A stretch of 64,000 nt of DNA from NCBI RefSeq assembly GCF_037042905.1, contig NC_087247.1, positions 6,572,001 to 6,636,000 on the forward strand, written 5' to 3'. This DNA is from Lytechinus pictus. Lineage: Eukaryota. This document shows positions 54,804 to 64,000 of the stretch, in pieces; position 1 is the stretch's first letter, and each line of letters starts with the position of its first letter. The translations under genes and the position numbers were made by a program. The notes under the pieces were generated by a model. The model was not told the DNA's origin. It saw only the letters and a program-made list of their open reading frames with translations, and did not search any database.

Positions 54804-55737
54804 GTAATAAATCACAAAGAACCAGTTTAAACTGACCAGTCTGACCAGTAGAATTTCAACTGGTAACTCGATCTGGAAATTGCAACATTGGTTACTTGTC
54901 TTACTGGTTCAGTGCTGCGCGTATATTTGTCCATATGAAATTAGACTGGATCAACTAAGCTAGACCAGTCAATTTAAAAAGTTACAAGTTGAAATTCCAC
55001 TTGTCAAACTGATCTTGAATTACTAACTCGAAATTAAAGTGGTCTTAATATAATATTAGTCTACTGGAGTTTGTTACTGGTCACAATATTATTACTTGTG
55101 TCCTAATCTAGTAGTACTCAACTGGATTCCATACTGATCTTTCTTGGTCAAAATGCAACACGTCTTTTTTAATTATTTTTTAAAGAGATTGGGTGGTCCT
55201 TTTCAGGACCAACACTTGCCCAAGTAAAGAAAAATACGTCATGGCGTACGGTACCGTGAAGCTAATTCTAAATGAGATGGAATAGATGGTTCATAAATTA
55301 ATCTTTCTGCTCTAATTTGAAATATAGGGCCTATTCTAAGTCTCTACACATACTTCTTCAGAATCTTTTGCATTGTCACTCTAAAGTATGATTTATTGCT
55401 TTTAAAAAATGCAAATAACTAAACCACGTAAACAGCACCATCCAATTTTGTTAGTACTGGTCCAGTTGAAAATCAAGTGGCCCAATTTATAAATCTAGTA
55501 CTGGAGTCTACTAGATAAAAAAGGGCATGATGAAATATCTCCACATCCAAACATGGTGGGAATCGGTCCGTAGGCATATAGGCTGATAGGGGCTTTAAGA
55601 CCTAATGAATCCCGTTACATTAGGCAATAAAATTAGGTATACATAATTAGCCCCATTGAAGTCAATAAATCATTGGACTGGTTCCTAGATTACAAAGGGG
55701 CAAATCATGTATTCATATTTCATGAGGTCATATCTAA

Positions 55738-56132
55738 GGTAAATTTCCAATTCGTCTACTGCCAACTCGTTCACTTCCCACATGGTCTACCTTAATTTAG
55801 TCTAATTAACATTCCATCTAAATTTCGCTCCAACCGTTTATTCCAATCATCACTTCGTCTTATCACCTGTTCGTTTATGACAATTTCCTCTCATAACCTT
55901 TTGGTCTAATATCCATTTTAGTTCCAATAATTTTAACCGATTAACACTTAGTCCAATTAGACCAAATGGTTAGGACTAAATGGTTATTGGACCAACTGGT
56001 TGTTAGACAAAATGGTGAGTGGACGAAATGGCAATTAGGCCATGTGGGTAGTAGACTGATGGCATACCAATGATAGTAGACGATTTGGTAACTGGACGAA
56101 ATGGCTAGTAGACCAGTCCAAGTGAAAATAAA
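55738..56132. mobile_element. Foldback MITE built of TCGTCTA/TTGGTCTA and TAGACCAA/TAGACGA short repeats
   Basis: The left half and right half carry reverse-complementary ~18-bp-period repeats. Confidence 0.55.
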
Positions 56133-56260
56133 CGACAAGGCACCATGGACCAATTCCCACCAAATTAGTGTTTCAGAGGGATTTCATCGTGCTCTACCAA
56201 AATACACATGGTATGAAAAATGCTCGTAAACATACAAACAATGGGAATTGATGTCACACT

Positions 56261-57877
56261 CAGTGGCGTACCGTGGGTCACGGCATTGGGGGGGGGGGGT
56301 CACCAGCAATTTTTGTTTAGTCAATTAGTGTGCGCGCAGGTATACTGACCTAATAAAGACATTTTAAGGACAACGCTACTGAGCGGAAAATTTGTTATAT
56401 TCAGACCTAAAAGAGGGAGATTTTAAAGACTACATTTTAGGAATCTATGAGGCTGTTCACACCGCAAGGGGGGACCGTGGGCGGACCGTGGATCGCGCTA
56501 TCGTAGCGCGATCCACGGTCCGCCCATTGGCATTCGCCGGATTCACACCGCAGTGAGATAGCGCGGTCTATCGTAGCACCCCCTTTTTTGAGAGGTCCTG
56601 TTGCCATGACGCGTGACGTCATGAGGTCAGAGCGGTCAAAGATTTCGCGCGCTATTACGAACCCGTACTAGTTAGTTGAGAGCTCGATATCGCTGTGCCT
56701 ATTATGCTAGCCGGCCTACGTTTATTTCATGGCGTTGTATACATTGTGCATGTACCGGTATTTCTAATTTGATTAATCTAGATTCTAGACTCTTGTATTT
56801 TAACTGTGTTTGTGGACGTGATCACAGCAGGATCGCAGCACGATGACTTCCGGCGTGCTATCGTAGCTCGGGTTCACACCGGCAGAGATAGCGCGATCTA
56901 GCGCGCGCTAGACCGCGCTATCTCTCGTGGACCACCCCCAAGAGGTGCTCCAGTGGCACGCCGTTTTGGCTCGCCGTGGCTCGCTGTTGGGCGGACCGAA
57001 ACGACGTTGTACCTTCCACACCGCAGAGATAGCGCGATCTAGCGCGCGCTAGATCGCGCTATCTCTGCCGGTCTGAACAGGCTCAGTGATGAGTATAAAT
57101 CTCATCATAGTCATCTAATGCGAGTGCCAAGTGCTTGCTGATTTTGTTATAATTACATCTGAACACATGAAACACTTTTTGTAGTCATTGTAATCATGAT
57201 TATCATATGCATCTCACTAATCAAATATTATGAGCACGAAGCGCGAGCTGAAAATTTAGATAATTCAGACCTGAAATGGGGCATTCTCAGGCTTGTTTGT
57301 AGGAATTCATTAAGACCATACGTATTTCACTGACCAAATGTGGCGAGCGAAAAGCGCGAGCTGAAAAATTTTTATATTCAGATCAGAAAAGGGGACATTT
57401 CAAGGACTGATTTTAGGACTTCATGGAGAGTAGACAGATCTCAACAATCCAATAATGAAAATCACGGATAGGAACTGTCTTATATTAAGACCATAACATG
57501 GGGAAATCACTTAAAGTGGTCATGAAAAAGAAGCATGTGTCACTAAATAAAACAATAATAACCCGAAGTGCGAGGAAATATGTTTGGTGTATATTGACTT
57601 GATAACAGGGGGGGGGGATACAGGATTATATATCTCGTTAAACAGACAATGCTAGCACCAGGAACAGAGAAAACATAGGCCCTGAGCAAATTAATTTTCA
57701 TTAAGTTATGATAAAAAAAATTCTCATGTAATGTTACATAACACAATTATAATGAATAATTTCTTTTTGTCCCTCTACGTTTCTCTTCATTTCTCCCTCT
57801 TTTCTTGTTCCCCTTTTTTGTCAGTCGATGGGATGAGGTGCACGTGCCCCCCCCCCCCCCCCATAGTTACACCACTG
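56261..57877. mobile_element. hAT non-autonomous element
   Basis: TIRs CAGTGGCGTA / TACACCACTG with a perfect 8-bp TSD GTCACACT (56253-56260, 57878-57885). Confidence 0.9.
56450..57083. mobile_element. GC-rich Harbinger-like MITE nested in the hAT element
   Basis: TIRs AGGCTGTTCACACCG / CGGTCTGAACAGGCT and internal GATAGCGCG/CGCGCTATC palindromes. Confidence 0.7.
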
Positions 57878-60269
57878 GTCACACTTCAGTAATTAAGTGC
57901 AACATGTTATTGAAGTCCATGTGGTAATAAAAAGAAAGATACTCGAGAAAAGAATCATAATTCAACCCCATGATCCTACTGGCCCCATCATCTTTATGGA
58001 CAAAGATGTGCAGGGGTGAGAGAGTTCAGATTTTTATCTGATTTCAGATTTTTTTGTTTTGATTTTCAGCTTAATTTTAGCTATTTCTGGCTTTCCTCTG
58101 TACAAAAAAAAATGGGAGCTCGTCAGTCTATTTCAGACTTTTTCACCACTCCTCAATTTTTTTTCAGATCTTTTTATTTGTGACCACTCACTCCCTGCAT
58201 GTGGAATTACCTAAGGGTCATGCATATGTAACAAATTTGATCATAGTTGATGTGGAAATAAATGAGAGCATGTTGAACCAAAACTTCAACATTTTTGTAA
58301 AAGACAAAAAAGGAGAAGTGATTACCATGTCTCTGCCGGGTTCTATAACATTTGATTGGGCGACAATTTCTTTGCTATAATTTCCACACATAAATGGAAT
58401 TACCCACATCAACCCCAGTTTTAACACTATCTATTCTAAACCAAACATAAAATGCTATTACAAACCCAACCATACATATCTTCGAAGAAATAAAGCCGGA
58501 TCATTATCACCAAAGCAGATGCTGCGTCACCCTCTGTCGAAGATGGTTCAGGCAAGACAAAAATTATATGGAGTTGAAAGGTGTAAGCATTCATCAATAG
58601 TGACAAATAAAAAAGAACACACAAAAGAATCAAATTTTCTTTCAACTGATTTATTTAATTACCGCAAGAAATTACAATACATTATTGAAGGCCATGTGGT
58701 AAAAAAAAGACACTAAATACATATAATTATTTTGTACAACAATTTACAACAATAGAATAATACTCAAATACAAACATGAAATGATATCAAATTACTAGTA
58801 CTTCTTAATATAATACAAGGAAATAAATTATTTGCAAAGAATAGGCTTCATCATTTCAAGCGTCAATACAAACCACATAAAATAGGCTATCAAATTATCT
58901 TTTTACTCACAAGGTGTATCAATTGTTTTCAATTATGCATATTAAAAAAAATGTGCGACACCACGTGCATAATCTCTCTCGAAAAAAAAAAGATGATAAA
59001 GAAACTAATTTAAATATAGAGACAATAGGTAGAAAAGTAAAGAAAGAAGAATAAAAAAGAAAACGAAAGGGAAAAGAAAAGACAAGAAACGAAGAAAAAA
59101 AGAGCAAAAGTAAAAAAGAAAAGAATGAAACAGTAAAGAAAGGAAAAGAAAATCAACTACGAAACGAAAAGTAGATGAACAAAATATGAAAATAATAAAA
59201 ACAAAACGGAAAAGGGGATAAAAAATAAAGAAAGTGAAAAGAAATCACGAGGGAGAACTAAGAAATAATATTAGAACACGAGAAAAGAATGAAGAAAAAA
59301 ATTACATGAAAAGAAGCTAATCGAATAAAAACAAAAGGCCGTTAAAATAGTGATTTATTCACTGGCTGCCACGCAGCCAAACCATCGAAAAAGAAATTAC
59401 GCCACTAAGTTAGACTTATGAATATTCATATTACCCTTTCTCGCATGCCTCATACGATAGCCTTTTGTCAAAGACTTCTAGTATATTTCTATAGGATCCT
59501 CAGTGAATAAACAGGGTGAAATTAATAGGAAGAGCGTATTATAAACGTATTATAATCGATTATTATTTTTTTTTTTTTATAAGGATTAGGCTATTATTTA
59601 TCTTTTGTTTTTGTTTTCTGCTAGCACGAAGATAAAAATTAATTTATCTCGTTGCCTCGTCAAAAGGCTATATCGATCCTCCATTGCTTCCTGTACAAAC
59701 GACTTTTAATGCACACCGGCAAATATTTCCGACGTTTTTGCTTCGTTTTGGGGAATTATTTCGAAGTTTTGAGTGCCGCCCATATTGCGCCTTAAGTTGT
59801 AAGTATGTATTGATTCCTTTGTAACAGTTTTGTGCAATTTTATGTATTTTTGATTGATTCCCGATGCTCATCTGGTTTGATCTGGTGAGCCGGGGTGAAT
59901 CACAACGCAGCCCGAACACAGTACGTGTTCGGGCTGCCGCAGTAAACTCTACTCCAGCCTCTGGCTCTGCGACACTCACTTTCTCTTAGCTCAGCTATCG
60001 CGGCGATATGATCGGGATCGACGTACCGGGAATCGGGGCCAGGTAGCCCAGGTTGCGGCGCGCGTGGATGGGAGGGTCGGGGAACGGGGTGTAAGGTTAT
60101 AGTGATTGCGATAGTCATGAAAAAGAAGCATAGGCCTATGTCACTACAAATATTTTGTGCATATTGACTTGAAAACGGGATGTTTTAGTATAAGTATTCT
60201 TGTTAACTTAAAGGACAAGTCCACCCCAACAAATTGTCCAATTGTCCTTTTTAGAGATGCTTCAGCTAT

Positions 60270-63200
60270 GTAAGTAAAAACTCCTTTTACGTCTAGACGT
60301 CTCCTCGGAAACAGTTTCGTCATGGCTGAGGCTGAAGGTAGACCACACCGTGAAGCCAAAGCAACGGAAAAGGGACTCTTATGGCAAATCGAGATCAAGT
60401 CAAAGGAGTTTGAAAGCCTCATCAAGACTTGGAGGCGCACAGCAAATAAACTTCGAGTGCTGCTGGGTGACGAGAGTGCTACCTCGACTATCCAAGAAAC
60501 TAGAGATTGTCTACAGACCAATGTAGACAAGTTGATACTGACACAAGATGAGTTGATGGCACTTCGTGCCACTGCCAAGATTGATGACGACAGTGTCGGT
60601 AAACTAGATGAAGTAGAGGAAGAGCACAGCAACCTGATGAAACAAACTCTTGAGGTCTTGATCGCACAAAGAGAAGGAACTGCCTCATCACGGACTTCGA
60701 CAAAAAGGTCTAAGAAATCTCATGCTGTACGTGTGGTATCAGAGAAGCAGCAAGATTGTCAAGATTGGGTGAATGGCATCCGCGACGTTGAACCAGAAAC
60801 CCACCCGAATGTAAATGACCTTCAAGGTGACGCAGTTAAGGTCTTGATAGAACAGATGCGGATGACAAGGCTCCCATTGCCCGAACCAGTGACATTTGCA
60901 GGAGATCCTATGTCCTTTCCTGCGTGGAAGCAGTACGCGTTTGATGTTTTGATCCAACAAAGCGGCATTCAGCCTATGGATAGGTTTTTCTACTTACAGA
61001 AATACTTAAGAAGTCAACCTCTAGAACTTGTTCGAGGATATGCTCTAGTTGGAAATGATAAGGCGTATGGAGAAGCCATGACGGCCCTCACCAGTAGATA
61101 TGGTGATCCCTTCATCATAGCAAATGCCTTTCGCGATAAATTGGAACGATGGCCGAAGATATCTCCGAAGGATGCCATCGGTCTGAGGAATCTGTCAGAC
61201 TTCCTCCATCAATGTGTCAGTGCCATGGACAAGATTGGCAACCTTCACCACCTAAACGACGAAAGGGAGAATCAAAGGATCTTGTATAAATTGCCAGACT
61301 GGCTCGTTGCACGATGGTCACGCAAGCCAAGGTTATCGATTGGAGAGATGTGAATGGACAGTTTCCACCCTTTCAGATATTTGCGAAATTTATCGAAGCA
61401 GAAGCTAACCCAGGACCAAAATCCAATTGAATTAAACCAGTTGGATTTCCAACTGGTTTCAATTGGTTTCAATTGGTTTTAACTGGTTTCAATTGGTCTT
61501 AACTGGAATTTAATAATTTCCAGTTGAAACCAATTGAAACCAGTTGGGCAACTGGAAATCCTAACTAGAACCAGTTGGGTAACTGGAAACGACTTCCAAT
61601 TGGAAATGATTTCTAACTGGAACCAGTTGAGTAACTGGAAATCCCAACTGGAACCAGTTGGGCAACTGGAAATCCTAACCGGAACCAGTTGGGTAACTGG
61701 AAATGACTTCCAATTGGAAATGATTTCTAACTGGAACCAGTTGAGTAACTGGAAATCCCAACTGGAACCAGTTGGGCAACTGGGAATCCTAACTAGAACC
61801 AGTTGGGTAACTGGAAATGACTTCCAATTGGAAATGATTTTTAACTGGAACCAGTTGAGTAACTGGAAATCCCAACTGGAACCAGTTGGGCAACTGGAAA
61901 TCCTAACTGGAACCAGTTGGGTAACTGGAAATGAATTCCAATTGGAAATGATATCTAACTGGAACCAGTTGAGTAACTGGAAATCCTAACTGGAACCGGT
62001 TGGGCAACTGGAAATCCTAACTGGAACCAGTTGGGTAACTGGAAATGACTTCCAATTGGAAATGATTTCTAACTGGAACCAGTTGAGTAACTGGAAATCC
62101 CAACTGGAACCAGTTGGGCAACTGGAAATCCTAACTGGAACCAGTTGGGTAACTGGAAATGACTTCCACTTGGAAATGATTTCTAACTGGAACCAGTTGA
62201 GTAACTGGAAATCCCAACTGGAACCAGTTGGGCAACTGGAAATCCTAACTGGAACCAGTTGGGTAACTGGAAATGATTTCCAATTGGTTTCCAATTGGAA
62301 ATTTTCCAGTTACCCAACTGGATCCAATTGAAACCAGTTAATTTGCATATTATCTGCCAGTGTGCACAGATTAATGTTTTATGAGATTCATCATCATTAA
62401 CAATGTATCTATTTTTCTCTTTTCAATTACAAGTACCACACTTTTTAAAGATAAGTATTTAGAATACTTTGCAGAGAAAACCATGTCCATAAATGTTATA
62501 GATTATGATTAAAACAGATTAAAGGATAATTAGTACACCACTAACTGTTACCAAATTACATCAAATGAAAATACATATATTTGAAGATCTTCCATATAAA
62601 TATATGTACATATGAAAGTCTGTATTTTATCAATGCCCTTTACATTGGTATTAATAGACATATAACACTGCTTCTGTGTTGGCATGAGCAATAGTTAGTG
62701 CAAATGCTAATTAATTTGTAACTAATTAAGTTCATTCCAACTGGAAGTTCCAATTGGATCCAGTTGGAAACCAATTGGTTTCAACTGGTTCCAGTTGAAA
62801 CCAGTTGCCTCCAATTGGTTTCAACTGGAACCAATTGAAACCAGTTGCCTCCAATTGGATTCAACTGGTTTTAATAGGGAAATTGGAACAACTGGAACCA
62901 ATTGACACAAATTGCCAACTGGTTCCAGTTGCTCAATTGGTTTTAACTGGAACCAATTGGCAACTGGTTTTCAATTGGAACCAATTGGTTTTAACTGGAA
63001 CCAATTGGCAACTGGTTTTCAATTGGAACCAGTTGTTCCAATTTCCCTATTGAAACCAGTTGGCCAACTGGTTTCAATTGGTTTTACCCTAATTGGTTTT
63101 AACTGGATTTTGGTCCTGGGAAGGTAGCATGCTACCCTGTTACCTCCCTCCATGGCAAAATCGATGGACCATCTAACAAGACGAAGTCTACATCAGATGT

Positions 63201-64000
63201 CAGAACCCTCTCAACCAATGTGACGTATCCAAACTCAGGCAGCAGGGAAAGGGAGAAGAGAGTTAAACCACAATCATGTTCATGCTGCAAGAAAGACCAC
63301 TCCCTACAAGAATGTACTGAGTTTGCGTCAAAGAACATGGCAGATCGTAAAAGCCACATAAGAGAGAAAGGTCTATGTTACGGCTGCCTAAAGTATGGTC
63401 ACATGTCTAAGGCTTGTAGGCGACGAAGTACCTGTGACATCTGCAAAGGACGACATCCATCTCTACTACATGAAAACAGAAATAGACCAGAACCAAAGAA
63501 GGAACTAGAGGTAGATCCAAGACCCAATGAAACTCAGTCGTCATGGTCTCATGCTTCATTTAGCCAACACTCTGACGCTGGATTGACCATTACGAAGAGT
63601 ACAATGATAGTTCCTGTCTGGCTTTCTCACTCAACCACATCGGATGAGCGAATGATCTATGCATTACTTGACACTCAATCCGACACCACGTTCCTGCTAG
63701 AGAAAACCAAGAATGAGATGAATTTGCATGGAACTCCTGTAAGTCTCCTTCTTTCAACGATGTCAGCTATGGATGAAAGAGTACCAAGTGAACGCATTGA
63801 GGGTCTTTCTATCAGGTCATTTGATGGAGAACAGAGGATAGCTTTACCATCAACCTATACCAGACAGTTCATACCAGCAAATCATGATCACATACCCACT
63901 CCAGAGATGGCGACCAGTATCCCTCACCTTTCCAAGATTTCACATAACCTATTGCCCTTACAAGATTGTGAAATTGGTTTGTTAATTGGGTACGACTGTG
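60270..64000 (+). mobile_element. BEL/Pao LTR retrotransposon gag-protease region, interrupted
   Basis: ORF from 60322 has LPLPEPVTFAGDP, RYGDP, WPKI and KLPDW. It resumes at 63121 with KVACYPVTS, three Cys/His knuckles (CSCCKKDHSLQEC, CYGCLKYGHMSKAC, CDICKGRHPSLLH) and the protease motif YALLDTQSDTTF. Frameshift near 61330. Confidence 0.92.
61409..63120. mobile_element. CCC..GGG DNA transposon (EnSpm/CMC-like, 2-bp TSD) with 114-bp tandem array
   Basis: TIRs CCCAGGACCAAAATCCA / TGGATTTTGGTCCTGGG with AA on both sides. About 6.5 copies of a 114-bp unit at ~61535-62290. AACTGG/CCAGTT/CCAATTGG subterminal repeats at both ends. Confidence 0.88.

Noticed and set aside
58320-58560. Possible second helicase exon
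   Set aside because: No helicase motif Ia in any frame. It resembles the degenerate MITE also seen at ~5270-5450.
61534-62331. 38-aa repeat protein ORFs or CRISPR-like array
   Set aside because: Translation of a 114-bp tandem unit. There are no unique spacers or cas genes, and it lies inside a TIR element.

Overview
AT-rich, intron-rich animal genomic DNA. The repeat landscape suggests a marine invertebrate, probably a sea urchin (inference only). Main content: (1) the 5' half of a host gene for AP-4 adaptor subunit epsilon (AP4E1) on the minus strand, with 10 coding exons between 13495 and 3268, followed by a U12-type (ATATCCTTT) intron and running off the window start. Its intron 4 holds a tandem array of exon-fragment copies. 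(2) A large, spliced, decaying DDE transposase gene on the plus strand (15780-~37390). It is DUF6589/AcademH-like, with two PHD fingers inserted between the second catalytic Asp and the Glu. It is partly duplicated, riddled with LINEs, and apparently lies in the 5'-UTR intron of AP4E1. (3) The first exon of a RecQ-like helicase (54648-54803), the partner gene expected of AcademH elements, behind a divergent promoter split by an ISL2EU-like element. (4) A BEL/Pao gag-protease region interrupted by a CCC..GGG element carrying a 114-bp tandem array. (5) Many non-autonomous hAT/P-, Kolobok- and Harbinger-like elements, a SINE and low-complexity purine tracts. No prokaryotic features, CRISPR arrays or rRNA are present. 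Family assignments rest on motif recognition, not on database searches.
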